Positions 26,539-38,292 are shown, numbered from the stretch's first letter. The stretch: 40,000 bases of DNA from Henriciella sp. (GCF_029936995.1 NZ_JAPYRE010000006.1:1-40000), one strand, 5' to 3'. The notes: a model not told the origin generated them from the sequence alone. Translations and numbers: made by a program.

Positions 26539-27315
26539 CTAGCGGTTGTTGAAATGCGGTTCGCGCTTCTCGATGAAGGCTTCCATGCCCTCTTTCTGGT
26601 CTTCGGTCGAGAAGAGGGAATGGAAGAGACGCCGCTCGAACATCACGCCCTGGCTGAGCGTGGTCTCATAGGCGGCGTTGACCATTTCCTTGGTGAGCAT
26701 CGAGGCTGCGCGCGGCATTGAGGCGACCTTGCGGGCGACCGTCTTGGCCTCCTCGACGAGATCGTCTGTCGGCACGACGCGCGAAACGAGCCCGCAGCGC
26801 TCGGCTTCAGCAGCATCCATCATGCGGCCCGTCAGGCACATTTCCATGGCCTTGGACTTGCCGGCAAAACGTGTGAGGCGCTGTGTGCCGCCGGCCCCCG
26901 GTGAAACACCGATGGTAATTTCCGGCTGGCCGAATTTCGCGTTTTCTGCGGCGAGGATGAAATCGCACATCATGGCGAGTTCACAGCCGCCGCCGAGGGC
27001 ATAGCCGGAAACTGCCGCGATGACGGGTTTGCGCATCCGGGAGGCACGTTCCCAGTTCTTCGTGATGAAGTCTGCATAATAGGCGTCCAGATAGGACTGG
27101 TCGCGCATTTCCTTGATGTCGGCGCCCGCCGCGAAGGCTTTCTTGGAGCCGGTAATGACGATGCAGCCGATAGAGGCGTCATTGTCGAAGCGTTCCAGCG
27201 CGTCCGTCAGCTCATCCATGAGCTCATTGTTGAAAGCGTTCATCGCTTTTGGTCTGTTGAGCGTGACGATCGCGATGGCGTCATCGACTTCGGTCAGAAG
27301 CGTTTCATATGCCAT
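26539..27315 (-). CDS. enoyl-CoA hydratase (short-chain, crotonase family)
   Basis: [29 protein letters not shown] ... [18 protein letters not shown] ... [19 protein letters not shown]. The track ORF extends to 27357, but ATG at 27315 fits family length. Confidence 0.9.
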   Translation of the reverse strand: MAYETLLTEVDDAIAIVTLNRPKAMNAFNNELMDELTDALERFDNDASIGCIVITGSKKAFAAGADIKEMRDQSYLDAYYADFITKNWERASRMRKPVIAAVSGYALGGGCELAMMCDFILAAENAKFGQPEITIGVSPGAGGTQRLTRFAGKSKAMEMCLTGRMMDAAEAERCGLVSRVVPTDDLVEEAKTVARKVASMPRAASMLTKEMVNAAYETTLSQGVMFERRLFHSLFSTEDQKEGMEAFIEKREPHFNNR

Positions 27316-27416
27316 GGTGTTTTCCGTCTTCCAGTCCTGCTTGCCTTTCGCGGTCATAACCGCAAGTCTGGCGTGGCATAAGGGATTAAATTATCGGCGT
27401 CGATAGGGAGTAACCA

Positions 27417-29372
27417 GTGATGAAAACCAGACCAGCCATTCGTGCAGGCCTGTTCAGTGGACTGGCGGCAGGCCTGATGGCCACTGCCAGCGCGCAAACG
27501 GGCAACGATACTGCACCGGCGGAAACGCCCGCCGACACGCCGTTCGAAATGAGCCAGCCCGGCCCGGGTGACCGTATGCCTTCGGGACGCGACTTCAGTG
27601 TGCGTTCGGCAGTGATCGCCCCGAATGCAGCCGCCGCTACGGCCCACCCCCTGGCCACACAGACGGCGCTGGACGTGATGAAGGGCGGTGGCAATGCGGT
27701 CGATGCCGCCATTGCGGCCAATGCCATGCTGGGCCTCGTCGAACCGACGGGCAACGGCATTGGCGGGGACCTGTTCGCGATTGTCTGGGATCCGGACACC
27801 GGGCAGCTCTATGGCTATAATGGCTCTGGCCGCTCTGCCATGGGGGCGACGCTGGAAGACATGCAGGCGGCAGCTGACGAGTTCATGGATGGCGAGGAAA
27901 TTCCGCCCTATGGCGCTGCGCCCGTGACCGTGCCGGGCACTGTCGATGGCTGGTTTGCCCTGCATGAGCGTTTCGGCACGACGCCTGTCAGCGACCTTGT
28001 CGCCCCGGCCGTAAAATATGCCCGTGAAGGGGCGCCGATCCCGGAGGTCATTGCTTACTATTGGGGCCGCAGCGCTGAGAATTTTCCGCAATACGCCGAG
28101 AGCGGCATGATCGAGGAATTCGGAAACGCGACCGAGACCTATTTCTCGCCGACGCCGAAGGAAGGCACGCTGTTCAAGAATCCCGACCTTGCCAACACGC
28201 TTGAAACAATTGGCGAGGAAGGCCGCGACGCTTTCTACAAGGGCGCCATAGCAGAGACGATGGACGCCTACTTCGAGCGCATTGGCGGCTATCTGCGTTA
28301 TGAGGACTTCGCCGCGCACGAGGGCAACTGGGTGGACCCGGTCTGCGCCGATTACCGTGAGGCGCGGGTCTGTGAGCTGCCGCCGAATACGCAAGGTGTT
28401 GCCGCGCTCCAGATGCTCCAGATGCTGGAAGGCTTCGACCTGAAAAGCATGGGTTATGGCAGCCCGGACAGCATCGCTGCGCAGGTCGAGGCCAAGCGCC
28501 TCGCCTTTGCCGACCGCGCCAAGGGCTATGCCGATCCGGAGTTCAGCGGCATTGATCCGCAGGACTTCATCCGCGAGGGCTATGCCGAGGAGCGGGCAAA
28601 ACTGATCGACATCAACAATCCCATGCAGACGGTCGAGCCGGGCATGGACTTTGCCGCCGATGCGAAGCTGGAAGATGGCGACACGACCTATCTTACCGTG
28701 ACCGACAATAGCGGCATGATGGTCTCGCTGATCCAGTCGAACTATCGCGGCATGGGCTCCGGCCTTGTCGCGGACGGGCTGGGCTTCATGTTCCAGGACC
28801 GCGGCCAGCTCTTCTCGCTCGACCCGGAACACCCCAACGTCTTCGAGCCGGGCAAACGCCCGTTCCATACGATCATCCCGGCCTTTGCCTTCAAGGTCGA
28901 TGAGAGCCGGTGCGACAGCTTCTATACGAACTTCCTCTCAGAGAATGGGCGGATGCCGAAGAGAAGCGAACTGCCGCAGAACAATGTCAGCTGTGAGTAC
29001 AGGCCGTGGATGAGTTTCGGCCTGATGGGCGGCGGGATGCAGCCGCAGGGCCATACGCAGGTTATCCTCAACCTCATCGACTTCGGCATGGGCCTTCAGG
29101 AGGCCGGCGATGCCGCCCGCTGGGAGCATACGGGTGGCTGTGAACCGACCGATGATTATGTGGGCAGTGGCTGCGAGAACGAGATGGGCACCATCCATGT
29201 GGAAAGCGGGATTCCGCCGGAAACCCGTGCCGAGCTGGAGCGCCGCGGCTATACGGTGGAATGCTGTGAAGCCAATGGCGGCGGCTATCAGGCCATCGCG
29301 CAGGATTTCGAGAGCGGCGGCTGGATCGCGGCGACGGAGATGCGCAAGGATGGCGACGCCGACGGGTTCTAG
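27417..29372 (+). CDS. ggt: gamma-glutamyltransferase
   Basis: Signal peptide MMKTRPAIRAGLFSGLAAGLMATASAQ. Also HPLATQTALDVMKGGGNAVDAAIAANAMLGLVEP, the autoprocessing/catalytic site DGDTTYLTVTD, and GLMGGGMQPQGHTQVILN. Confidence 0.92.
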   Translation: MMKTRPAIRAGLFSGLAAGLMATASAQTGNDTAPAETPADTPFEMSQPGPGDRMPSGRDFSVRSAVIAPNAAAATAHPLATQTALDVMKGGGNAVDAAIAANAMLGLVEPTGNGIGGDLFAIVWDPDTGQLYGYNGSGRSAMGATLEDMQAAADEFMDGEEIPPYGAAPVTVPGTVDGWFALHERFGTTPVSDLVAPAVKYAREGAPIPEVIAYYWGRSAENFPQYAESGMIEEFGNATETYFSPTPKEGTLFKNPDLANTLETIGEEGRDAFYKGAIAETMDAYFERIGGYLRYEDFAAHEGNWVDPVCADYREARVCELPPNTQGVAALQMLQMLEGFDLKSMGYGSPDSIAAQVEAKRLAFADRAKGYADPEFSGIDPQDFIREGYAEERAKLIDINNPMQTVEPGMDFAADAKLEDGDTTYLTVTDNSGMMVSLIQSNYRGMGSGLVADGLGFMFQDRGQLFSLDPEHPNVFEPGKRPFHTIIPAFAFKVDESRCDSFYTNFLSENGRMPKRSELPQNNVSCEYRPWMSFGLMGGGMQPQGHTQVILNLIDFGMGLQEAGDAARWEHTGGCEPTDDYVGSGCENEMGTIHVESGIPPETRAELERRGYTVECCEANGGGYQAIAQDFESGGWIAATEMRKDGDADGF

Positions 29373-29392
29373 GCAACCCTGTCACCAGGAAG

Positions 29393-29427
29393 AAAAGGCC
29401 TCCATCCTCAGGGTGGAGGCCTTTTTT
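29393..29427. terminator. bidirectional rho-independent terminator between convergent ggt and the SLC13 permease
   Basis: AAAAGGCCTCCA-TCCTCAGGG-TGGAGGCCTTTTTT: an 8-bp GC-rich stem flanked by an A-run and a T-run. Confidence 0.7.
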
Positions 29428-29437
29428 CTGTCCGGTG

Positions 29438-31255
29438 TTACCCCAGCGGCCAGAAGGCCGGGATGACCAGCATCGAGACGGCGAAGAACAGCAGGTTCAG
29501 CGGCAGGCCGATCTTGGTGAAGTCGGTGAATTTGTAGCCGCCTGCGGTATAGACCAGTGTGTTGGTCTGGTAGCCGATCGGGGTCGCGAAGCTCGCGCTG
29601 GCGGCGAACATCACGGCGACAACGAAGGGCCGGGCATCCGCGCCGAGCGTGGCAGCAAGGCCGATGGCGATGGGCGTCATCAGGATGGCGGTGGCATTGT
29701 TGCTGACGAACTCGGTCAGCGCCGAGGTAATGAGATAGACTGCCGCGAGCGTGACGATGGGGGGCAGGTGGCCGAGCGGGCTGGCGATGCCGCTGACGAG
29801 GAATTCGCCCGCGCCTGAGGTTTCGAGGGCCTGGCCGAGCGCCAACATACCGAAAATCAGCATCAGTATGTCCCACTGGATGGCCTTGTAGGCTTCCTGA
29901 TGGTCGATACAGCCAAGCGCGATGACGCTGGCCGCGGCGATCAGGGCGAGCCCGGCAATCGGCATGACGCCAAGCGCGGCGAGCAGCATGACGAGGACGA
30001 CCGCCCCTGCCGCGATGGGGGCCTTGTCGCGCCGCATCGGGCGCTCCGTCGTCTCTGTCAAATTGGAGAGCATGCCGTCATCGAACATCTGGCGCAGGCC
30101 GGCCGGCGGACCTTCGACGAGAACGGTGTCGCCGGTGTCGAAGCGGATGTTTTCCCCCGTCCCGATATTTGCGCCGCGCCTGTGGATCGCGATGGCATAG
30201 ACGCCATAGAGGCGCACAAGGCCGGCGCCGATGATCGGGCGTCCGATGAGGCGCGATTCCGGACCGACGACGCCTTCCATGGTGCGTGTCTCTGTGGCCT
30301 GCACCGGCTCAATGGCGTGGGCACTGCCCGAGCCGGACCCGATATTGACGTCACCCGCCTCGCGAAGGGAGAGCATTTCGGAGACGGGCGAGCGGATAAC
30401 CAGCCGGTCCCCCCCTTGCAGGGTCAGTGTGGAGAGCTGATGGCGCCGGGAGCGGTTCTCGCGCATCACGTCAATGACCGTGAAGCCTTTCTCCGGGCTG
30501 AAGCCGGTCTCCTTGATGGTCTTGCCGACCAGGACCGAATCCACCGGGATCAGGAGCTGGGCGACAAAACGGCGTGAGCTCGATGAAGGCAGCAGGGCAG
30601 CGAGCGAGTCGCGTTCCGGCAGCAGCCAGCGCCCCGCAAGCACCATGTAGACCGTACCTGCGAGCGCCAGACAGAGGGCTGCGCCTGACATTTCGAACAT
30701 GCCGAAAGCGGCGAGCTCCCGCTCCTGCGCGACGCCGTCGACCAGCAGGTTTGTAGAGGTGCCAATCAGGGTTGTCATGCCCCCGAAGATCGAGGCGAAG
30801 GAAAGCGGGATCAGCAGTTTTGACGGCACGGTGCCGACAGATTGCGAGAGCCGGATCGCGACCGGGATAAGGATGACAACAATGGGCGTATTGTTCATGA
30901 ATGCCGACAGGCCGATTACGGTGGCCATCAGGGCTGCGACGGCGGCGAGCGGCCCCCATCGCTTCGACATGCGTACGATGGCGTTGCCCGCTACGCCGAT
31001 GACGCCTGTGCGTTCGAGCGCAGCGGAGAGGACAAACATCGCCCCGATCGTAATGGGGGCGGCGTTCGAGAAAACCGACAAGGTTTCGTCCACGCTGAGC
31101 ACGCCGAAGAGGAGCAGCGCCGACATGGCCAGCAGGGCGATAACGTCAGCGGGGAGTTTTTCGCGGGCAAAGCCGACAAAGACAAGGCCGATCAGGGACA
31201 GGACAAGCGCGATCTGTACCGGTTCAGGAAGAGCAAGCTCAGGCATGAAACTCAC
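29438..31255 (-). CDS. SLC13/DASS-family anion permease with two central TrkA-C (RCK_C) domains
   Basis: 605 aa with many hydrophobic helices at both ends. Two cytoplasmic RCK_C-like segments are present: LVGKTIKETGF...LQGGDRLVIRSP and LIGRPIIGAGL...FDTGDTVLVEGP. Confidence 0.75.
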   Translation of the reverse strand: MSFMPELALPEPVQIALVLSLIGLVFVGFAREKLPADVIALLAMSALLLFGVLSVDETLSVFSNAAPITIGAMFVLSAALERTGVIGVAGNAIVRMSKRWGPLAAVAALMATVIGLSAFMNNTPIVVILIPVAIRLSQSVGTVPSKLLIPLSFASIFGGMTTLIGTSTNLLVDGVAQERELAAFGMFEMSGAALCLALAGTVYMVLAGRWLLPERDSLAALLPSSSSRRFVAQLLIPVDSVLVGKTIKETGFSPEKGFTVIDVMRENRSRRHQLSTLTLQGGDRLVIRSPVSEMLSLREAGDVNIGSGSGSAHAIEPVQATETRTMEGVVGPESRLIGRPIIGAGLVRLYGVYAIAIHRRGANIGTGENIRFDTGDTVLVEGPPAGLRQMFDDGMLSNLTETTERPMRRDKAPIAAGAVVLVMLLAALGVMPIAGLALIAAASVIALGCIDHQEAYKAIQWDILMLIFGMLALGQALETSGAGEFLVSGIASPLGHLPPIVTLAAVYLITSALTEFVSNNATAILMTPIAIGLAATLGADARPFVVAVMFAASASFATPIGYQTNTLVYTAGGYKFTDFTKIGLPLNLLFFAVSMLVIPAFWPLG

Positions 31256-31306
31256 GGGTGTTACTGATAGCCTGCACAGAAGAGGGGCTATTCAGGACGA
31301 AAGCAA

Positions 31307-34051
31307 TCAAGATTTCCTGCTCTGTGACTTGCGGTCCACTGATGTTTTGGTGCCGGAGTCGCGATCTGCCTCATCCCGGGCATTCTTGAGGCGGTAGATC
31401 ATCTCGAGCGCTTCGCGGGGGCTGAGCTCATCCGGGTCGAGCGTATCGAGCAGCCGGGTCACTTCGCCAGTGTCTTCTACCGTAAAGGTTTCAGGCTCTT
31501 CTGCGACAGCGGCAAAGAGCGGCAGGGCGTCTACCGCGCCGGGCTTGGCCTCAAGGCGTTTGAGCACCTGCTCGGCCCGGCGCACGGCGCGGACCGGAAG
31601 GCCCGCCAGCCGGGCGACCTGTACGCCATAGGAGCGGTCTGCCGGGCCGGGCTGGACGTCGTGCAGGAAGACAAGCTCATCCTTCCATTCCTTCGCGCGC
31701 AGGCTGAGATTGGTGGCGTGCGCAAGATCGTCGGCAAGCCCGGTCAGCTCATGGTAATGGGTGGCAAACAGTGCACGGCACCTGTTGATGTTGTGCAGAT
31801 GCTCGACGGCTGCCCAGGCGATGGCGAGACCGTCATAGGTCGAGGTGCCGCGGCCAACCTCATCCAGGATGACAAAGCTGTCGGCGGTGGCCTGACTGAG
31901 AATGGCGGCGGTTTCCACCATCTCCACCATGAAGGTGGAGCGCCCGCGCGAGAGGTCATCGGACGCCCCGACGCGCGAGAAGATGCGGTCAGCAAGCCCG
32001 ATGCGCATATGGTTCGCAGGCACGAACAGGCCGGCCTGTGCCAGTATGATGGCAAGGCAAGCCTGACGCAGATAGGTCGACTTGCCCGCCATGTTCGGGC
32101 CGGTGACGATGGCGAGCCGGGCATTCGCCTCGCCGCGGGCGTCGAGGGAAAGATCGTTCGCGGTGAAGCCTTCACCCTCCTTGCGCAGGGCGGCCTCGAC
32201 GACTGGATGGCGCAGGCCTTCTGTCTCGAAAACGGGGTCTTCGGCCAGTTCAGGGCGGATGGCACCTGTCTCCTCGGCCCAGGCCGCCGAGGCCGCTGCG
32301 ACGTCTATGATGGAGAGTGCATGGGCGGCATCGGAAATGGCCGCAGACTGGCTTTCCACACGGGCGCAGAGGTCACGGAAGAGGTCCAGCTCGCGCGCGG
32401 TCGAGGCCTCTTCTGCACGTGAAATGCGCCCGGCCAGATCTGAAAGCTCGGCGGTGGAAAAGCGAATATTCGAGGCCAGTGTCTGGCGGTGGATGAAGGT
32501 CTCGGCATGGGGCGGCTTCATCAGCGCGTCGCCGTGGCGGGCGGGCACATCAATGAAATAGCCGAGTACATTGTTGAACTTGATCTTCAGCGCGCCGATG
32601 CCGGTTTCCTCGGCATAGCGTGCCTGGAGTGCGGCAATGACCTGGCGGGAGTCCCGCCTTAGCGTGCGGAACTCATCAAGGGTCTCGTCCCAGCCTTCAG
32701 CAATGAAGCCCCCGTCGCGGGCAAGGGTCGGCAGGTCTTCGGCCAGCGCGGTGTTGAGATCCTGTGCAAGGCTCTCAAGGGCGGGCTGCTGGCTGGCATC
32801 GAGCGCATGGGCGGCTTCGGCGAGCGGGGCCGGCAGCCCGGTTGTCTGGCGGGCAAGTTCAGCTGCGATCGCGCCTCCGCCTGCTATCGCATCTCCGATG
32901 GATTTCAGGTCTCGCGGGCCGCCGCGTTCCAGCCGGATACGGGTGCGTGCGCGCTCAAGGTCCGGCACGGCCTTCAGGCGCGTGCGGATATCGGCGTTGA
33001 GTGTGGGTTCATTGAGGAAGAAGGCCACAGCATCATGGCGTGCCGAGATGGTGGCGGCATCACATTCCGGTTCGGCCAGGCGGGCGGCCAGAAGGCGCGC
33101 GCCGGGAGCGGTAAGGGTGCGGTCTACCGTGGCGAGCAGGGTGCCGGCCCGGCCGCCGCGCATGGCGGTGTCGATTTCGAGACTGGCGCGGGTTGCCGGG
33201 TCGATGGCGAGACGCTGGGCGATGCTGGCCTGGCGCGGCGGGTCCAGCCGGATGTCGGCACCAGCCTGGGTCAGGCTGAGATAGTCCAGCAGGAGGCCGG
33301 CTGCGGACAAGCCGGCTTTCGAGAACTCTCCGAACGCATCCAGTGCGGCGACCTTGTAGGTGGCCTTCAGGGCAGCTTCGCCCTCAGCCGGAGTGGCGGC
33401 GCGTTTCGGGCGCGGCGTGACGGGGATGCGCATGGCCGACAGGGCCTGGCGCACGAGTGGCCGGGCCTCATCCTCCTCCGTCACCAGCAGTTCGCTGACC
33501 GGCAGGGCCGACAGGCGTTCGCCAAGCGCTTCGGGGGCGACGTCTCGGATCTCGAATGCGCCGGTCGAGACATCGCAGGCGGCGAGGGCCGCATCTGCAC
33601 CGCCGCTGGCAAAGGCGATGGCAACGAGCGCCTGCCCCCGGCGGGCCGGCAGGATCGTGTCCTCTGTAATCGTGCCGGGTGTGACGATGCGCACCACTTC
33701 GCGGTTCACGATGGCCTTGGAGCCGCGCTTCTTCGCTTCGGCCGGGCTTTCTGTCTGTTCGCAGACCGCAACGCGTTCTCCGGCCTTGATGAGGCGGGCG
33801 AGATAGGGCTCTGCGGAATGGTAGGGCACGCCTGCCATGGGAATGGATTCGCCCTGATACTCGCCGCGGGCCGTCAGGGTGATGTCGAGGATTTCCGCAG
33901 CGCGCACGGCATCCTGGAAAAACAGCTCGTAGAAGTCGCCCATGCGGAAAAAGAGCAGGGCGCCCTCATGTCTCGACTTGATGTCGAGATACTGGGCCAT
34001 GAAAGGGCTGGGGGCCTTGGCGGGCGTGGCGCTCATCTGTGTATCCGGCAT
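31307..34051 (-). CDS. mutS: DNA mismatch repair protein MutS
   Basis: [34 protein letters not shown], Walker [16 protein letters not shown], and [14 protein letters not shown]...[16 protein letters not shown]. The start is uncertain: 34051 (MPDTQ), 34036, or GTG at 34102. Confidence 0.96.
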   Translation of the reverse strand: MPDTQMSATPAKAPSPFMAQYLDIKSRHEGALLFFRMGDFYELFFQDAVRAAEILDITLTARGEYQGESIPMAGVPYHSAEPYLARLIKAGERVAVCEQTESPAEAKKRGSKAIVNREVVRIVTPGTITEDTILPARRGQALVAIAFASGGADAALAACDVSTGAFEIRDVAPEALGERLSALPVSELLVTEEDEARPLVRQALSAMRIPVTPRPKRAATPAEGEAALKATYKVAALDAFGEFSKAGLSAAGLLLDYLSLTQAGADIRLDPPRQASIAQRLAIDPATRASLEIDTAMRGGRAGTLLATVDRTLTAPGARLLAARLAEPECDAATISARHDAVAFFLNEPTLNADIRTRLKAVPDLERARTRIRLERGGPRDLKSIGDAIAGGGAIAAELARQTTGLPAPLAEAAHALDASQQPALESLAQDLNTALAEDLPTLARDGGFIAEGWDETLDEFRTLRRDSRQVIAALQARYAEETGIGALKIKFNNVLGYFIDVPARHGDALMKPPHAETFIHRQTLASNIRFSTAELSDLAGRISRAEEASTARELDLFRDLCARVESQSAAISDAAHALSIIDVAAASAAWAEETGAIRPELAEDPVFETEGLRHPVVEAALRKEGEGFTANDLSLDARGEANARLAIVTGPNMAGKSTYLRQACLAIILAQAGLFVPANHMRIGLADRIFSRVGASDDLSRGRSTFMVEMVETAAILSQATADSFVILDEVGRGTSTYDGLAIAWAAVEHLHNINRCRALFATHYHELTGLADDLAHATNLSLRAKEWKDELVFLHDVQPGPADRSYGVQVARLAGLPVRAVRRAEQVLKRLEAKPGAVDALPLFAAVAEEPETFTVEDTGEVTRLLDTLDPDELSPREALEMIYRLKNARDEADRDSGTKTSVDRKSQSRKS

Positions 34052-34187
34052 AGAAGCATGATTAACGGATTCGCACAGCTGTACTGCAATGGAAATAAGC
34101 ACGTCACAGCGGGTTGTCGGCCCATGCGGAGCGGCTTAGAGGTTTCCCGTAAAGGTCCACAATAAAATCTCGTGAAGGCTCACCGCG

Positions 34188-36476
34188 ATGACGTCAAAGC
34201 GCCCGACATTCACCGACAAGGAAGCGCTCGAATTCCACCGTCACCCCCAACCCGGCAAACTGTCCGTTGCGCCGACCAAGCCAATGTCGACACAGCGCGA
34301 TCTCTCGCTGGCTTACAGCCCGGGCGTTGCCGTTCCCGTCAAGGCGATTGCCGAAAATGAGGATCTGGCTTTCGAGTACACCTCCAAGGGCAACATGGTG
34401 GCCGTCATTTCCAACGGCACGGCCATTCTCGGCCTCGGCAATCTCGGCGCGATGGCGTCAAAGCCGGTCATGGAAGGCAAGTCGGTCCTGTTCAAGCGCT
34501 TTGCCGATGTCGATTCCATCGATGTCGAGGTGTCGACGACCGACACAGAGGAGTTCATCACCACGGTCCGCAATATCGGTGAGACCTGGGGCGGCATAAA
34601 CCTGGAAGACATTGCCAGCCCGGACTGCTTCATCATCGAGAGCCGCCTGCGGGAAGAAGTCGATGTTCCGGTCTTCCACGACGACCAGCATGGCACGGCC
34701 ATCATTGCAGCTGCCGGCCTGATCAATGCCTGCCACATCACGGGCCGTGAGCTGGGCGACCTCAAGGTTGCGATTTCGGGGGCCGGTGCAGCAGGGCTTT
34801 CCTGCGCGGGCCTGATCCGTCATCTGGGCGTGAAGGCTGAAAACATCCTGATGTGCGACTCCAGCGGCGTTGTCTATGAAGGCCGCACCGACAAGATGGA
34901 CCAGTTCAAGTCCGCCTTTGCGGTGAAGACCGAAAAGCGCACGCTGACAGAAGCCATGGAGGGCGCGGACGTGCTTCTCGGCCTGTCGATTGCCGGTGCC
35001 GTCACCCAGGACATGGTCAAGGCCATGGCGAAGGATCCGATCATCTTCGCAATGGCCAATCCGGACCCGGAAATCACGCCGGAGGACATCAAGGCCGTGC
35101 GTGACGATGCGATCATCGCGACGGGACGCTCGGACTATCCCAACCAGGTTAACAATGTTCTCGGCTTTCCTTACATCTTCCGTGGCGCGCTCGATGTGCG
35201 TGCCCGCTCCATCAATGAGGAGATGAAGGTCGCCGCAGCACAGGCGCTTGCAGAGCTTGCGCGGGAAGACGTGCCGGATGAAGTCGCGGCCGCCTATCAT
35301 GGCTCGCGGCCGCAATTTGGCCGGGATTATATCATTCCGACACCATTCGACCCGCGCCTGATCAGCTTCGTGCCGCCCTTCGTGGCGCAGGCTGCGATGG
35401 ATACCGGCGTCGCGCGCACCCCGATCCCGGACATGGACGAGTATCGCCGCATGCTGGCGCGCCGTCTCGATCCGACGGCCTCCTTCCTGCAGGGCGTACA
35501 GGCCGCCGTGCGTGAGAAACAGCCGCGCATCGTTTTTGCCGAGGGCGAGGAGCCGTCCGTCGTGCGGGCCGCCTATTCCTTCAAGAACCAGGGGCTCGGC
35601 CATCCGATCCTGATCGGGCGGGAAGAACAGGTCACGCGCGCCATGCAGCAGATGGGCGTGCCGGAAGGCTCGCTCGATATCATCAATGCGCGCCTGTCCG
35701 ACCGCAATCCGGAATATACCGACTACCTCTATGACCGGCTGAAGCGGCAGGGCTTCCTGCGCCGCGACGTGCAGCGCCTCGTCAACCAGGACCGCAACGT
35801 GTTCGGCTCCTGCATGCTGAAATTCGGCGATGCCGACGGGATGGTGACAGGTGTGACGCGGAATTACGATGTTGCGTTGAAGGACGTGCAGGCGGTTCTC
35901 GACCCGATCGACGACAAGCAGGTCATCGGCATGTCCATGGTGGTCAACCAGGGCAAGACGATCTTCATCGCTGATACCAGCATCACCGAGTTGCCGGTGG
36001 CAGAGGAGCTTGTCGGCATTGCCGAGGAAGCGGCGAGCGCTGTCAGCAGTCTTGGTTTCACGCCGCGCGTGGCTTTCGTCTCCTACTCGACCTTCGGCAA
36101 TCCGTATGGCGAGCGGATGGAAAAGGTCCGTGAGGCCGTTGCCATGCTGGACGAGCGTGACGATGTCGATTTCGAGTATGAGGGCGACATCTCCGTCGAT
36201 GTGGCGATGAATCCGAACCACAAGATGATGTACCCGTTCTCGCGCCTGACGGATTCGGCCAACGTGCTCGTCATGCCGGCCATTCACTCGGCAGCGATTG
36301 CAACGAAGCTGCTGACCTCAATGAGCCGGGCAACCGTGATCGGGCCAATCCTGCTTGGCTTTGAAAAGCCGGTGCAGATCGCCTCACTTGGCGCAACGGT
36401 TTCGGACATCGTCAACCTGGCGACATTCGCCGCATTCGACATCGACAAGCTGGTCCACAACGTTCCGGCGGAATAG
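34188..36476 (+). CDS. maeB: NADP-dependent malic enzyme (malic enzyme + phosphotransacetylase-like domain)
   Basis: 762 aa with DLSLAYSPGVA, VISNGTAILGLGNLG, PVFHDDQHGTAII, GAGAAG and a C-terminal PTA-like half. Confidence 0.93.
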   Translation: MTSKRPTFTDKEALEFHRHPQPGKLSVAPTKPMSTQRDLSLAYSPGVAVPVKAIAENEDLAFEYTSKGNMVAVISNGTAILGLGNLGAMASKPVMEGKSVLFKRFADVDSIDVEVSTTDTEEFITTVRNIGETWGGINLEDIASPDCFIIESRLREEVDVPVFHDDQHGTAIIAAAGLINACHITGRELGDLKVAISGAGAAGLSCAGLIRHLGVKAENILMCDSSGVVYEGRTDKMDQFKSAFAVKTEKRTLTEAMEGADVLLGLSIAGAVTQDMVKAMAKDPIIFAMANPDPEITPEDIKAVRDDAIIATGRSDYPNQVNNVLGFPYIFRGALDVRARSINEEMKVAAAQALAELAREDVPDEVAAAYHGSRPQFGRDYIIPTPFDPRLISFVPPFVAQAAMDTGVARTPIPDMDEYRRMLARRLDPTASFLQGVQAAVREKQPRIVFAEGEEPSVVRAAYSFKNQGLGHPILIGREEQVTRAMQQMGVPEGSLDIINARLSDRNPEYTDYLYDRLKRQGFLRRDVQRLVNQDRNVFGSCMLKFGDADGMVTGVTRNYDVALKDVQAVLDPIDDKQVIGMSMVVNQGKTIFIADTSITELPVAEELVGIAEEAASAVSSLGFTPRVAFVSYSTFGNPYGERMEKVREAVAMLDERDDVDFEYEGDISVDVAMNPNHKMMYPFSRLTDSANVLVMPAIHSAAIATKLLTSMSRATVIGPILLGFEKPVQIASLGATVSDIVNLATFAAFDIDKLVHNVPAE

Positions 36477-36498
36477 GCTAGGGCGTCCTCAATACCTG

Positions 36499-38292
36499 TC
36501 AGGCCTTGTCCTGACCGGGCGTGGCAGGGGGTGCGTGTTCGAAGACGGACTCCCGGTCCGGCTTCATGCGGGTTGAGAACCAGGACAGCAGGATGGCTGG
36601 AGTGCCGAGAATGGCGGCGACCAGGAAGAAGGTCGAATAGCCGCTGATCGTCGCCTCATCGCCAGCGCCTCCGCTGAACGCGGTCACCATGACGCCGGAC
36701 GTGCCGGCCACGAGTTTTGGCCCGAGCGAATAGATCGAGCTGAAGATCGCATACTGGGTCCCGGCAAATGATTTCGACACCATGGTCGACATGAAGGCGA
36801 CGAAGACGGTGCCCGCGAAACCGCCGGCGATATTGTCGGCCGTTACGGCGATGAACAGCGGCAGCAGCGTGTCGGAAGGTTGCATGACCAGCCAGGAGAA
36901 GGTCAGGTTGCCGAGCACCGAGACGATCGCGCCGATGATGAGCGATGTACGCAGGCCGAATTTCAGGGCCGAAACACCCGCCAGTGCCACACCAATAAAA
37001 ATGATCCACGGGCCGTAAGTGCCGCTGATGACGCCGATGTCTGCGGGCGAATAGCCCATATGGGTGTAGGCGGGCTTGGCCATCACGCCCATGACGATAT
37101 CGCTGAGCCGGTAGGAGGAGACGAAGAGCAGGATCAGGAGCGCGATCCAGCCATGCCGCCAGAAAAAGTCGAGGAAGGGCGCAAGCGCCGGGCTCTTCTT
37201 GGCCAGCGACTCCGCCTTGAGGCGCCGGATGAACGGGATGGAGACCGCACACAGCAGGATCGGGGCGGCGGCGATATAGATCGCCAGCGTGGCGACATCG
37301 CCGCGCGACATCTCGATCCCGGCAAGTGTCAGCAGCTTTGGAAGCAGGAAGCCGATCAGCGCGGCGACGAGCGCGATGAGCGCGAAGCAGCCGACCGCGA
37401 AGCCGAGGCCGACCAGGAGCCCGCCGGTGGAAAATTCCGAGCCTTCCGGGCGGTCGCGCAGGGCCTGGACAACGGCATAGACGAAGCCGAGCGCGGCGAA
37501 CGCAGAGATCGTGTAAAGCAGCCAGCTGACGGCGCTCAGAAGAATGTGCCAGACATTGCCATCCTCGAAGATTCCCGCGAACGAGCCGAAGGCCGAGGCC
37601 ATGCCGATCCCGAGCAGGAGCACACCGGCAGCCGCGGCCGACTGGATGCCGAAACGGCGGTCCCAGATCGCGAAGACGAGTGCGCCAAGCCCCATCGTGG
37701 CGGCCATCGCCCAGTAGGCGACAGGGAAGTTGGCGACACCAGCAATCACCAGCGCGACGCCGCCGGAGATCACCATGCCGACCTTGTAACCATACTGGTA
37801 GGCGGCGGCGAGCGTGGCCTGCTCGTCATCATTGGCAGCCGCCTCGATGCGCCATGCGTCGATGCCGATGTCCTGCGTGGCGGAGCTGAACGCCATCAGG
37901 AAGGAGAAAAGCGCGGTGGCGGCAAGGCTGCCGGCCGGGTTGGAGAAACCAATGCCGACCATGGCGAGCGCGACGCCGATCTGGGCGACAAAGATCCAGG
38001 CGCGGCGGCGCCCGAATATCCTGGCGAGGCCCGGCGGATCGAACCGGTCGACAAGCGGGGCCCAGACGAATTTGAAGGAGTAGGCAAGCCCGAACCATGA
38101 GAAGAAGCCGATCAGGGCCTCATCGACCTGGCTTTCCTTGAGCCAGACAGACAGGGTCGAGAAATAGAGGAGGAAAGGCAGTCCGGCGGTAAAGCCGAGC
38201 ACCAGCATCATGGCGATCTTGGGCTGGGCGAACTGGCGCAGGGTTTCTTTCAGGCTGCGCTTGCCCTCTGCCGCACCGGCTACCTCGCTCAT
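36499..38292 (-). CDS. ampG: AmpG-family muropeptide MFS transporter
   Basis: The start MSEVAGAAEGKRSLKETLRQFAQPKIAMMLVLGFTAGLPFLLYFSTLSVWLKE is at 38292 and overlaps the kinase stop (ATGA). The protein has multiple TM helices. The upstream extension of the track ORF is Arg-rich noise. Confidence 0.8.
   Translation of the reverse strand: MSEVAGAAEGKRSLKETLRQFAQPKIAMMLVLGFTAGLPFLLYFSTLSVWLKESQVDEALIGFFSWFGLAYSFKFVWAPLVDRFDPPGLARIFGRRRAWIFVAQIGVALAMVGIGFSNPAGSLAATALFSFLMAFSSATQDIGIDAWRIEAAANDDEQATLAAAYQYGYKVGMVISGGVALVIAGVANFPVAYWAMAATMGLGALVFAIWDRRFGIQSAAAAGVLLLGIGMASAFGSFAGIFEDGNVWHILLSAVSWLLYTISAFAALGFVYAVVQALRDRPEGSEFSTGGLLVGLGFAVGCFALIALVAALIGFLLPKLLTLAGIEMSRGDVATLAIYIAAAPILLCAVSIPFIRRLKAESLAKKSPALAPFLDFFWRHGWIALLILLFVSSYRLSDIVMGVMAKPAYTHMGYSPADIGVISGTYGPWIIFIGVALAGVSALKFGLRTSLIIGAIVSVLGNLTFSWLVMQPSDTLLPLFIAVTADNIAGGFAGTVFVAFMSTMVSKSFAGTQYAIFSSIYSLGPKLVAGTSGVMVTAFSGGAGDEATISGYSTFFLVAAILGTPAILLSWFSTRMKPDRESVFEHAPPATPGQDKA

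Noticed and set aside
27354-28868. 504-aa minus-strand ORF antisense to ggt
   Set aside because: The product is Arg/Ala/Gly-rich and low-complexity with no motifs. The opposite strand encodes a clear gamma-glutamyltransferase. This is a typical GC-driven shadow ORF.
34458-36287. 609-aa minus-strand ORF antisense to maeB
   Set aside because: Shadow ORF in high-GC DNA. The plus strand encodes a full-length, motif-rich malic enzyme.
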